Shown here in pieces: positions 1 to 12,815 of a stretch of 49,166 bases of DNA. Each line of letters begins with the position of its first letter. The stretch's first letter is position 1. The notes under the pieces are model-generated. The model ran no database searches. It saw only the letters and a program-made list of their open reading frames with translations, and had not been told where the DNA came from. Both the position numbers and the translations under genes were made by a program. Origin of the DNA: Octopus bimaculoides (Eukaryota); assembly GCF_001194135.2 (NCBI RefSeq), contig NC_068993.1, positions 20,408,970 to 20,458,135 on the forward strand, in the 5' to 3' direction.

Positions 1-29
1 TATACATATATACATATATATACATATAT

Positions 30-190
30 ATGATGGGCTTCTTTCAGTTTCCGTCAACCAAGTGCACTCACAAGGCTTTGGTCGGCCCGAGGCTATAGTA
101 GAAGACACCTGCCCAAGGTGCCACGCAGTGAGACTGAACCCGGAACTATGTGGTTGGTAAGCAAGCTACTTACCACACAGCCACTCCTGA
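30..190 (-). repeat. tRNA-derived SINE, 5' part
   Basis: The reverse complement has a tRNA-like head (ggctgtgtggtaag...ggttcagtc) and the body gccttgtgagtg...gaaactgaaagaagccc shared with 12625-13005. Confidence 0.8.
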
Positions 191-193
191 GGC

Positions 194-620
194 ATGATAC
201 ATGACACAGAGATACATGTACCAATGTATACTGTGTTCTGCACAGACAGAAAAGAGAGAAGTCATGGTGGAGTTGCGATGTACATCCGTGAAGATGTCAC
301 AGCATTGACATTGCTGTTGCATTTGAATGCAGTCTGTGGCACACTCATAGTACATCTAAAGCAACTCAATGTGGTAATATGCACATTATACCACTCACCC
401 GATGCCTCAAACTACGATGGCAAGTTTGAGTAATGTCTTACAAAAGATTAAAAAAATACTCACAAGCCTAGACCAATGCCTTAGTGTACTTCTGATGGGT
501 GGCTTCAACTTCCCCAACATTAGATGGCTTGAAAATTTGAATATTAAAAATTATTTTATTATAGCTTACAAACAACACTATACTCATTTAAGTAGAATTT
601 GGCTAATTCACTACCTTAAA
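194..620 (+). mobile_element. Decayed LINE APE endonuclease fragment
   Basis: DRKERSHGGVAMYIRE...VICTLYHSPD and LLMGGFNFPNIRW resemble GGV..Y and GDFNFP.I.W of LINE ORF2 endonucleases. Confidence 0.7.
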
Positions 621-1475
621 TACAGAAAAAGTGACTAATTAGACAAACTTACAAATTAGCTGAACGGTTTTGTGCAATAAATTTAAAAGATGAGAACTGT
701 AAAGAGTGATAAATTAGAAGAACTGGCATATAAACAAACGACATAGCATATACTGAATGTAAAAACAAATGGGAGACAAACAGAAGGTCCGTAATTCTTC
801 GTCACTTATCGACCAATGGGTAATATTCAATTTCGCACCTTTAATGATGATTGAGTGCTTCCCAATTGGCAGTACCTACAGAAAAAAAAAAAAGACGTTT
901 TCTTGTTTTCTTGAGGAGAATTAGGGACAAGAGCAAACAAAACAAAACAAGCAAAATGACACAGAGTGTGATTTAGGACTGTGGGCGAGGATGATATATA
1001 TTATATATAGCTTTATTTGCCTTGTGATTCTCTGTTCCTAAAAAGAATATATATATATCATCATCATTTAATATCTGTTTTCCATATTNNNNNNNNNNNN
1101 NNNNNNNNNNNNNNNNNNNNNNNNNNNNNNNNNNNNNNNNNNNNNNNNNNNNNNNNNNNNNNNNNNNNNNNNNNNNNNNNNNNNNNNNNNNNNNNNNNNN
1201 NNNNNNNNNNNNNNNNNNNNNNNNNNNNNNNNNNNNNNNNNNNNNNNNNNNNNNNNNNNNNNNNNNNNNNNNNNNNNNNNNNNNNNNNNNNNNNNNNNNN
1301 NNNNNNNNNNNNNNNNNNNNNNNNNNNNNNNNNNNNNNNNNNNNNNNNNNNNNNNNNNNNNNNNNNNNNNNNNNNNNNNNNNNNNNNNNNNNNNNNNNNN
1401 NNNNNNNNNNNNNNNNNNNNNNNNNNNNNNNNNNNNNNNNNNNNNNNNNNNNNNNNNNNNNNNNNNNNNNNNNNN

Positions 1476-1802
1476 AGTGCGATCGTTTCCAGCTTCGCCT
1501 TACTGGCACTCGTGCTGGTGGCACGTGAACAAAACATTGGACTGACTCCTGTGCAGGTGGCATGTAAAAAGCACCATTTGAGTGTGGCCGTTGCCAGTAC
1601 CGCCAGACTGGCCCTCGTGCCGGTGGCACATAAAAAGCACCCACTACACTCTCGGAGTGGTTGGCGTTAGGAAGGGCATCCAGCTGTAGAAACTCTGCCA
1701 AATCAGATTGGAGCCTGGTGCAGCCATCTGGTTTCACCAGTCCTCAGTCAAATCGTCCAACCCATGCTAGCATGGAAAGTGGGTGTTAAATGATGATGAT
1801 GA
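1476..1802 (+). repeat. RTE LINE 3'-end repeat copy
   Basis: ggttggcgttaggaagggcatccagctgtagaaac...acccatgctagcatggaaag + (GAT)n; same family as 14120-14330. Confidence 0.85.
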
Positions 1803-1965
1803 TCATCATCATTTAATATCTGTTTTCCATATTGACATGGGTTGGACAGTTTGACTGGAACAAGGGCTGCAGCAGGCTCCATTTTCTGTTTGGTTTTTAT
1901 TGCTGGATGCTCTTCCTAACACCAACCACTCCACAGAGTATACTGGGTGTTTTTTATGTGGCATC
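1803..1965 (-). repeat. RTE LINE 3'-end repeat copy, tail-to-tail with the previous copy
   Basis: (CAT)n...gggttggacagtttgactgg...ggatgctcttcctaacaccaaccac. Confidence 0.8.
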
Positions 1966-1979
1966 AACAAAAATATGTA

Positions 1980-2013
<34 letters not shown>

Positions 2014-2324
2014 AGCATGTGTAATTTCAGCATGAATTAGGAAATAGTGGTGATTGACATTCTGTAAATAGAATCAGAAGCCTCCACTATATATAGTCTA
2101 ATATTAGGGCATGTAGTGGAAAAGGTATAGCAAAAGATGTTGAGGTAGCATATGAAATAGGCACGTGGACGACTTCAAAGTAAAACAATGGAAAAACATC
2201 GGGTTGTAGTTTAAATAAATTTATTTGAATGACACTTGCGTTTACTTGTTGTATACGACAAATATTTCACTACATCACATCATTTCCAACTGCTTCCAGC
2301 TGGCAAAGAAATTAACAGGGTACA

Positions 2325-2650
2325 TACTGTGTTGATATGATAGGGTAGAACCAGACATGTTTTGTGTCCATGTGTGCGTTGGTCATTCAGTGGTGTCTGT
2401 TTATGTTCTGCGACTTGTTCATGCTGAATATCTCAGAAATTACTGGCTGGCTATCTCATGGCACATCTCTCTCCGTCTGTCTCTGACTCTGACTGCCAGT
2501 CCCTTGACGGATTACCGTATTTATAACTGTTGCGACAGCTAGAAGGACAGACATACCACAGGAGAAATTCCTACCTATGTAGGTCACCTCCTGTCCACTT
2601 GAACCTTAAATTACACGGCTGAGGTTGAAGGGAAACAATCCATCATATTT
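2325..2650. repeat. LTR-like dispersed repeat, copy 1
   Basis: Reverse complement of 41390-41745 (shared gtagaaccagacatgttttgt and cagctagaaggacagacataccacaggag). Confidence 0.7.
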
Positions 2651-2674
2651 TGACAAGACAAAGAAATTTCTTTC

Positions 2675-2754
2675 ATGCCTGTTTGGTCAGTGGTGGATCA
2701 GACAAGCAAGAATCCTTCAATTCGGTTTCAAATCTCATCTCGGAAAAAGGAAGT
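2675..2754 (+). CDS. ERCC1: Candidate first coding exon of ERCC1 (MPVWSVVDQTSKNPSIRFQISSRKKEV)
   Basis: ATG at 2675 is the first in-frame ATG after a TGA at 2651. A GTTAGT donor at 2755 has the phase (2) needed to join exon 3116-3185. The N-terminus would be short and there is no homology I can confirm. Confidence 0.22.
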
Positions 2755-3115
2755 GTTAGTTTTTACAGGCATATAAGCTTCCAATGCCCACTTTTTACCT
2801 TTACAGGGGCTTATATGCTTTAATATTTGACTATTTCCTAAAGTCAAATATGCTTTCTACATATTTATTCATACAATAACAGATTTGTGTCATGAAAGTA
2901 GCTAACACAGAACTATTCGATAAAACCCGCTGTGTCTCAGTCTAGTCTGTAACTTATCCTCACTGTTGTGCTGTGATAAATTATGTGAAGTGCAATGAGA
3001 AAAGGAAGTGTCAGATTGCCTTTATGCATAGTTTGTGAAATCTCTCAAATATTATTTATCCTTGTAGCAAATGTTTATTCACTAATGGTCTTTAATGGTC
3101 TGTTCTTTATTTTAG

Positions 3116-3185
3116 TGCCAACTCTGCTCAACCCACCGTGACCAGTAGAGCTTACAGTAATTCCATTATAGTTAACTCGAGACAG
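3116..3185 (+). CDS. ERCC1: ERCC1 exon ([23 protein letters not shown])
   Basis: tctttattttag acceptor, GTAAGA donor; [10 protein letters not shown] matches the ERCC1 motif preceding RGNP. Confidence 0.9.
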
Positions 3186-5831
3186 GTAAGATGTAGTTTG
3201 TGTATGTTTATGAATCAAAACAATTATATTGTATTGCATATGAATATTTACTTCACCATGCTTTCAGAAATGGCTGTTAATAATTCTCACATTTGTTTTA
3301 TTTGTGGGCATGCTTCAAGGAAGAGTCATGTTTCTGAAAGTTTTGTTCTATGCCGCAATGTATAATTCCGTTACGCAAAACTTATTATTTCCATGACATT
3401 CATTTTATACATTGGGATACATTAAAACAGAAGTTTTTTGTGATGGGAAAAGAACAGTAAGTAATGCAACCACTTTTATGCCTGAAAAATCACAAATAGA
3501 ACTGTATGCATAAATAAAAACAAACATTGAAGAAAAATGTTAGAAAATAAATACGAAAGATCATTAGATTTCATCTGAATGATTGTCATGTTTCATCATC
3601 ATTGTTTAATGTCTGCTTTCCATGCTAGCATGGGTTGGACGATTTGACTGAGGACTGGTGAACCAGATGGCTGCACCAGGCTTCAATCTGATATGGCAGA
3701 GTTTCTACAGCTGGATGCCCTTCCTAATGTCAACCACTCCTAGAGTGTAGTGGGTGCTTTTACGTGCCACTAGCACGAGGGCCAGTCACATGGTACTGGC
3801 AATGACCTCGCTCGAATGATTTTCTAATGTGCCACCGGCACAAGTGCCAGTAAGGTGACGCTGGTAACAATCACGATGCTTGTCCAATCTAATTGTCAAT
3901 CCACATAAGCAGTAGCTATTCCATTTTAAGCAAAATGTAAAACATTTAAAGATTAACACACTCTTTTGGCACTACTTATTTTCACTTCCCTTATATAGTG
4001 GTTGTTCCAATACCATACTCCTCTGTTAGGCTTTGCACATGTACACCACTCTCTGATTTTTCCAGAAATTTTCTGTGGTAGCAATGTATATAAATACCTC
4101 CTCTTTCTTTTCTCTATTTTCCATGAAGATATCTGTAAGCCTTTTTTTTAACACAGAAGAGTGTTCAAAACATGTGAAAGTGTTTCTAGGATGACTAGCA
4201 ACAACTGAACTTGGCTGGGCAAGATCAACCCAAGGTGGGTAAGATCATTTCCCTATAGACGATGGTCTGGTGCATGGCTTGCAGCAGCTGTACATTGTCT
4301 GGGACTTTTCAGAGTGCTTTCTCCATTTGTAACATTTCTGTGTCAAAAAACCATTCAGATTGGATTCATGTGTGTGTGTATACATATACATACATGCACA
4401 CGTGCTCTATATAAAATGTGTATGTGTGCACGCCTTGGTTACCTGTGTATGAATCACTTATTTTCAAGTTAGATGATCTTGCAAATTCAAAATATACTTA
4501 TAGGCACAGGCATGGTTGTGTGGCTAAGAAGTTTGCCTCTCAACCACATCGTTTTGGGTTAATGAAGCTACAGTATTTGAGGATGTTGATTAGTTTTAAC
4601 AATGCTCCAAACGTAGTAATCCATGGGGTTTAAATCTGGTAAGATTATATGCCACAAGTTTGGTGTTAAATGAGTGTGAAGATTGTCTGACATCCATTCT
4701 TAGATTATGTGAGCTTTGTGACACGTAAAATACACCATTTCGAGCGTGGCCATTGCCAGTAAGACATTCGAGCGAGATCGTTGCCAGTGCTGATGGACTG
4801 GCTCCTGTGCAGGTGGCACGTGAAATACACCATTTCGAGCGTGGCTGTTGCCAATACCGCCTGACTGGCCTTCGTGCCAGTGGTACGTAAAAGCACCCAC
4901 TACACTCTCAGTGTGGTTGGCTTTAGGAAGGGCATCCAGCTGTAGAAACTCTGCCAAATCAGATTGGAGCCTGGTGTAGCCTCCTGGTCCACCAGTCCTC
5001 AGTCAAATCATTCAACCCATGCTAGCATGGAAAGCGGACGTTAAACGACGATGATGATGATGAGGATTGTTAAAACATACGTGGCTTTCCACTGCATACG
5101 TCATTCATCTGAAGTTTGACAAATGTGTCCTGCAGCATTAGTTCTCAGATCCTGTAGAAAGATGTGAGGTGGCCTTGACATGATCACCACTCCTAAAACC
5201 ATCACATTTGCTGGAAACTTAGTCTGCATTACTCTGAGTACATAAGAAGGATCTGTGTATAACAGTTAGTCAATTCTCTTATCAAAACTTCAGTCTTGGT
5301 CAAAGTCTTTATCCTCAGAAAAGCAGCAAAGCATGTCATGTTCATGAGGGTGTTCAACCTTGCTAAGTAACCACTTAGCATGGATCAGACAGTTTTCGTC
5401 TGTTTTTGTTGACATGAATTGACCTCTCCTCAGTACATACAACTTGTATCAAAGGTTGAATGGTGTCAGTCACAAGATTTCATTAATTGACCTTGTGAGC
5501 TTTAACACTTAATCTCACAGTTGTGATATTTTTTTACACAGTTCTATATTTAAGAGATGAGGAATTATGTACACTATTTACATTTGACGGATATTTGTCC
5601 TCATCTTGCTTGTTGTTAACACACGTTTCGGCTGATATACCCTCCAGCCTTCATCAGGTGTCTTGGGGAAATTTTGAACCTGGGTTCTCATTCCGAAGGT
5701 ATTTTTCGATGTTGTTGTTGTTGTTGTTGATTATTATTGTTCAGGTCACTGTCTCGAATCAAACTCAGAATCTTGAGGTTAAGAGCGTGAGCTACTAACC
5801 CCAAGATTCTGAGTTCGATTCCAGGCAGTGA

Positions 5832-5884
<53 letters not shown>

Positions 5885-8800
5885 TCGAAAAATACCTTAG
5901 GAATGAGAACCCAGGTTCGAAATTTCCCCAAGACACCTGAAGAAGGCTGGAGAGTATATCAGGCGATGGATGTGTTAACAACAAACAAGATGACGACAAG
6001 TATCCGTCAAATGTAAATAGTGTTTTTTTTTTTTAATGTTTATGAATTATAAATTCTAAAAAGCACATATTAAACTCATAGTAAATTAAAATAGATGTTT
6101 CTTTTTTCAGAGAGGAAATCCAATTTTAAAAAGTATCCGGAATGTTCCATGGGAATTTGGCAACATTGTACCTGATTATGAAATGGGGAAAGCTTGTTGT
6201 GCTCTTTTTCTTAGGTAAAGTTATGAGTGCTTTATTCTTAAAATACTATATTGTTATTGTGTTGATTTGCTGATCATATTTAAGTGTCCCCCCTCTCTCT
6301 CTCTCTCTCCTTCACTCACTCTCCCTTCCTCTCATGCTATCTATCTGTTTATATATCTCTTGTTTCTGTTGTCTGGAATCAGTGAGTTTGATGCTATTAA
6401 TGTTCATCTTGATGGCTGAAGAAAAATATATTAAACAGAGCTGGAATTCCAGAAGGTCAACAGTTTGGAGAGGAGGGGCTGGGTATAAAATTTAGTGTAG
6501 GGCTTGGGGTGGGGCAAAATTTGAGAGAGATGTGAGTGAGTCAGAAATGTCTGAGTGGAAGTGGAACAAAACTAACCACTTATGATAAGTTGAAGCTACC
6601 ATAAATAATGGTCGAAAAGAAGCAGTATGTTTGTGGAAAAGCAGCTGGATTCTGTTGGTCAGTGACTTCATATTAATCATTGCATGACCTTAAGGAAGGG
6701 TATGAAAACTGTATTAAAAGTACTGTTGTATATTAAATCTAAAAGAAGTGTGTATGTGTGTACACACAAACACACACACATATAGGATAAAAAATATCCA
6801 GAGATTAGACTGGTCAATACATAGGTAGATTGAAAGATTGGAGAGCCTGTACTGTTCAGATATTAACAAGTTTACCTGTGGTGTAGTAGGTACTAAGAAT
6901 ATGAGAAGGGTAGGAACAGCTTGTTCAGACCATGTATGGGAGAACTCAAATGAGATCAGGATGACCAGTTTCTGAATTGAGGCAGTTAAGGTAGAGGTAG
7001 CTTAGTTCTTAGTCATCACCTTGTCTATTTTCGAGATTATCACAAAGGAGCACAAAATGTAATATCTTTAGCAGCACCTGTATGAGGACAGTCTTGTTAT
7101 AGAATCGATTGAAATTGAAAGAGAAATTTAAATTCTAGAAAACTGGACGTCAAGGTGAATTTGACCAGGACTAATGTGGCTAATAGGTGAAGCATGAAAA
7201 GCTAAGCAGTTTCAGACAAGAGTAGAATGTATAGAAACTCAGTGCAGTTGCAGAGGATTAAAGGGTAGCATACTTTAGTTAAAGTACATTGACAAAGGAA
7301 CCAGAATATTGATGCAACAGCATCAAGACTGGATTGTTTTGCTAAATCGCTGCAACTAACTTCAGTGGTGAGGCTAGTCATAATATGATGATTAATGTGA
7401 TGAATAGTTGGGAGAAGTTTCAGAAATAACTGTTTATGTTGGTGAGTGACACATGCGTTCTTTCTCTGATAAACGAAAAAGAGATTATTTAACTCTTCTG
7501 TTAAATGTAATGCTGTGCGTTAGTGAATGAATACCTGTTCAGTAAAGTTATTAGATATGTAGTGTGAACATAAGGAGCAATTTAAAGGTATTTATGTTGA
7601 GAGAGCATTCATATATGTAAAATGATTGGCAGAGTATACAAAACAAAAAAAAAACATTAGTGGGACTTTAAGACACATTGTTGTAATTTTTTTTTTTTTT
7701 CAAACCAGATATAAATTATTAGTACTAAGTTCTGAAAGAAATATTTTGAGAGCTTCATGTTATTCCATTCTGCTAACCATTCAATTATAAGGTGGTAAAA
7801 GTGGCAGAAAACAATTCAGCAAGCTTCACTGAAATCTCATAAAATAGTATGAAGAGATGGTTATCTCCCTTGTACTGACTCTCCGATAGAAGACATTGTG
7901 TGTGTGTGTGTGTGCACACACATACACACACATACACTCTTTTATTCATTTCAGTCCTTTAACTGCGGCCATGCTAGAGCACCACCTTTTTAATCAAACA
8001 AATCGACCCCCAGGACTTATTCTTTGTAAGCCAAATACTTATTCTATCCATCTCTTTTGCTGAACTACTAAGTTTCGGGGACATAAACACACCACATCGG
8101 TTGTCAAGTAATGGTGGAGGGACAAATACAGACACACAAACATATGCATACATACATACGTACATATATACATACATGACAGGCTTTGTTCAGTTTCCGT
8201 GTACCAAATCCACTCACAAGGCTTTGGTTGGCCCAAAACCATAGTAGAAGACACTTGCCCAAGATGCCATGCACTGGGACTGAACCTGAAACCATGTTTT
8301 TGAGAAGCAAGCTTCTTACCACTCAACCATGCCTGCACTCACATATATAATATATTGTATAACATTATTTTCCTCAGTTTGCGGTATCACCAGTTGCACC
8401 CAGAATATATACACAAACGACTTGTGTCCCTTGGTAAAAGCTATGACTTGAGAATAATGCTTGTTCAAGTTGATGTGGTAAGGAGTTCAGTTCCTTGATA
8501 TTTTTCTGATTCTAAAAATTATTTTTATATATTTATGTTCTTGAATAAAAATACTTACCCAATCTTTCCATTATTGGAGTAAACATGGCTATTTGTCTAC
8601 CTTCTTTTCAATCCTTCCAACAGCTTTTCTCTTGAAAAACATAGCATAACATGGAAACACTGGCTGTGAGATAAGATGAAGTTTCATTGGCTACTTGAGG
8701 AGTGAACTGTTTGCTGGATCTTCTTGAAATGGCTGTTTGAGTACTTTATGGTTGAGTCTAAACAATAGTATATGGAATCTGATATCTATATTCACACTAT

Positions 8801-11800
8801 ATTTGTAGTTACTGTTAAATTTCTCTCGGTGTGATAGTGCATCATATCTTGTATATACATTATACATCCTGATAATTCTTCAAACGTTTTCCAACCACAT
8901 TGGATTATTTTCATATAAGCACAAAGCCACATATACACAAAGGTGCATCAATATCATCGTTTAATGTCCATTTTCCTAGCTGGCATGGGTTGGACGGTTT
9001 GACTGAGGTCTAGAGAGCCAGTGGCTGCACCAGGCTCCAATCTGATCTGGCAATGTTTCTACAGCTGGATACCCTTCCTAATGCCAACCACTCCAAGAGT
9101 GTAGTGGGTGCTTTTTACGTGCCACTGGTACAGGCACCAGTCAGGCGGGCCTGGCATTGATCATGTTCAGGTAGTGCTTTTTACGTGCCACCGGCACGGG
9201 GGCCAATCAGGGGATACTGGCATCAGCCACGTTCAGATGGTGCTTTTTACATACCACCGGCATGAGAGCCAGTCAGGGATACTGGCATCAGACACATTTG
9301 GAGGGTGCTTTATACTTTGTCTCCAGCACGGGAGCTAGTCAGGCGGACCTGGCATCGACCACGTTCGGATGGTGCTTTCTACATGTCACCAGCATGGGAG
9401 CCAGTCAGGGGTCACTGGCCACAGCTATGATATTGGTTTTACTTGACTCAACCGGTCTTCTCAAGCATATCATATCTCCCGATGCGATCTCACTTTAGTT
9501 GCTGGGTCTTCTCAATCACAGTATATCTCCAGAGGTCTCGGTCTCCTGTCATTGCTTCTGTGAGACCCAACGTTCAAAGGTCATGATAATTGATATACCT
9601 CATAATAACTTGTGATAAAACTGAAGTGAATTAAAGTTACAACCTGAAATCTAAACTGTTTTGATAACTCAGCTTGTCAAGAAATTCATTTGGCATCTCC
9701 AGTCACAAGACTCAGGTGCTGGGCTATTAAATGCAACCATTATGAGTTCAAAATCTTGCCACAACCATATCAGTGCCTTAGATCTATTCCATCAGACTTG
9801 ACCAAAAATACTCACCAGTTGTATTAATATATTGGTTTCAAATTTTGGCACGAGGCCAGCAAATTTGTAGGTGGGGTCAAGTCAATTACATCGACCAGTG
9901 GTTGACTGTTACTTATTTTATCGACCCCAAAAGGATGAAAGGCAAAGGTGACCTTGGCAGAATTTGAACTGAGAACATAAAGATGGCCAAAATGCCACTA
10001 ATCCCAGTGATCTAATGATGCTGCCAGCTCACCACCTTTCAGTTGTATTAATACATTTATAATCTAATGTATTATATTGTATTAACTGTAAAGTATTCAA
10101 AATTCACTTATTGTTGACTAGTTTCTAGTTTTAATGAGTTTTTTTTAATTTACATATGTCTTATTTCTTCATTTTCTTTTTCATTTCAGAAAGACTGTTC
10201 CTATCTTTTGAAAGACTTGGGGAAAATGTGCATCCTTGCCAACTGTACATTAATTCTTGCATTTTCGTAAGTTTCTCTCACATGTGATTCTTATACATTT
10301 TCATTTTTCCTCACAAATTTATAGCTATGTGCTTCTTCAAAGGAAAGCAGTTTGTACACTAAACATATTTAGCTGATTCTAACATGTCTGTATTGATTGA
10401 TTAATTAATCAGTTCACAATCTAACTGGGGTTCAATGAATCTGTCAGCTTTGGCAATGTGACAGAACAGTGTGACTTGATATGTTACAGTTTATACCACA
10501 ATGATCATGCATTCTTCCATATAACATTGAGGCTGTAACAGTTTTGGGTGGTGAGATAGCATAATTGTTAGCACCCTGGGCAAAATGCTTAGTGGCTTTT
10601 TGCCCATCTTTACATTCTGGGTTAAAATTCTTTGCCTAGGTCAACTTTGCCTTTCATCCTTTCGGGGTTGATAAATTAAGTACCAATTAAGTACTGGGGT
10701 TGATGTGATCAACTATCAACCACAAATTCCAGGCCTTGTGCCTATAGTAAGAAAGATTATTGTAACATTGGTATGATCTTTTGGTAGGACAATATAATAA
10801 TACATTACAGTATTGCTGTAATATCTTATATGACACTAGTTGATCATCTTTTAGCAAATTAACTCATTAGCATTCAAATTATTGTGCCAAATGCAATGCT
10901 TATTTATTCACATTGTTTTAAATTAACCATGCATTATTTCATGGCTTTTAGATTTCAATGATGTGATTACTTATTTTTAGAATGACATTGAGGAGTACGC
11001 ATGAAAGGCTGGATCTAGTTAGCTTGAACATAAAACAGGTGGAATATTTTGGCCTGATCTAGTTGGTTTAAATGCAGATCAGCCATCAAATGATTTTTTT
11101 CAGTTAAATAGCTGGGTTGAATTCTCTTTCATCCTCTCTTTTTAGACTAAATGGAAACAAATTTATCATTGTTATTGAATGTACAGAGCCAAAAAGTACT
11201 TCAACCATAAGCAGTTTTTCCATTTTTATGCTGTGCTGATCTCTCTATAAAGTGCTGTTCTCATAGGAAGGTTCAACCTCATTTGTTAAAAAGACTCCAA
11301 GAGGTGGAAGCTATATACCTGAACAGCCTTATTTTAATAATATCTATTATTCAATATTTCCCTTTTCCTGTTCTATTTGTGCCAAGTTGACTTCATTTCT
11401 CATCTCTGATCACTGCCGGCATCACCTTACCGGCACATGTGCCGGTGACATGTGAAAAACAACATTCAAACGTGGTTGTTGCTAGTGCCGCTGGACTGGC
11501 TCTTGTGCAGGTAGCACATAAAAACACCTTTTGAGCGTGGTTGTTGCCAAAACCGCCTGACTGGCCCTCATGCCGGTGGCACGTAAAAGCACCCACTACA
11601 CTCCCAGAGTGGTTGGCGTTAGGAAGGGCATCCAGCTGTAGAAACTTTGCCAGATCAGATTGAACCTGGTGCAGCCTCTGGCTCACCAGTCCTCAATCAA
11701 ACTGTCCAACCCATGCCAGCATGGAAAGCGGACGTTAAACAATGATGATGATGATGAGATAACATTAATTTAATTATTCTGTCAAAAGTAATGCTTTTTT

Positions 11801-12784
11801 ATTCACATTCATCATCATCATCATCATCATCATCGTTTAACGTCCGCTTTCCATGCTAGCATGGGTTGGACGATTTGACTGAGGACTGGTGAAACCGGAT
11901 GGCAACACCAGGCTCCAATCTAAATTGTTCTGAATTAATCATACATTATTTCATAGCTTTGAGATTTTGATGATGCAATTGTTTACTTTTAGAATGACAT
12001 TGTACGGTTGGTGTAAGAGGCTGCATCTGACCAGTTTGAACATAAAACAGAATATTTTGGCCAGATATGACTGGTTTAAATGTTAAAGGCTTAAAGTACT
12101 TATGTTTTTTTTTTCTTTTAACTTTTGTCCAAACAAAATTTTGAGCTAATTTGATGTATTGAGATAATAGAATTTATCTCAATATATTTAATGCTTCTTG
12201 TATTATTTTCTACTTTCTCTAGACCTGAAGAAGCTGGTCGTTATCTCGAAACATATAAAGTCTATGAGAATAAACCACCTGATGCCATCATGGAAAAGCC
12301 TGATAAAGATTATATATCAATGGTAGGTTGGTTATTGATATAATTAAATACATTTTTGATGTAGTACATTCTGTGACAAAATCTCAAAATGTAATAATAC
12401 CATTTTACTATATTCTAGCTCACTGTATTAGTGCGAATGTGCTTGATGAGAAAATTTCCAATGTTTATAATAAATTAATAATCAAGCAAAGACTTTATCA
12501 AATTATCTCCAAGTGGAGTATAAAATTTAGAAACAATGCAATAGAATTGCATCAGTGACCAGGTTGCACTTGATGCAATGAAAATTTTAATGCCAAATAA
12601 TAAATATTCAAGTAAAGTTGACATGCAGGAGTGGCTGCGTGGTAAGCAGCTTGCTTACCTACCACATGGTTCCGGGTTCAGTCCCACTGCGTGGCACATT
12701 GGGCAAGTGTCTTCTACTATAGCCTCGGGCCGACCAAAGCCTTGTGAGTGGATTTGGTAGACGGAAACTGAAAGAAGCCCGTCG

Positions 12785-12815
<31 letters not shown>

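Noticed and set aside
780-970. CCAAT-containing, slightly CpG-richer stretch as the ERCC1 promoter
   Set aside because: The motifs are too short to be significant and there is no linked exon or transcript evidence.
973-1737. Long ORFs spanning N-runs (also 20927-21776, 28170-29075, 42985-43411)
   Set aside because: Artefacts of assembly gaps. Only the flanking translated parts (NS1 tail, gag end) are meaningful.
5790-5840. tRNA gene suggested by GAGTTCGATTCC
   Set aside because: There is no cloverleaf or acceptor stem; it is the centre of a palindromic repeat. SINE heads elsewhere are likewise not tRNA genes.
9100-9420. Regularly spaced repeats resembling a CRISPR array
   Set aside because: Whole units are diverged tandem copies with no unique spacers, there are no cas genes, the context is eukaryotic, and the region is part of an RTE 3' UTR.
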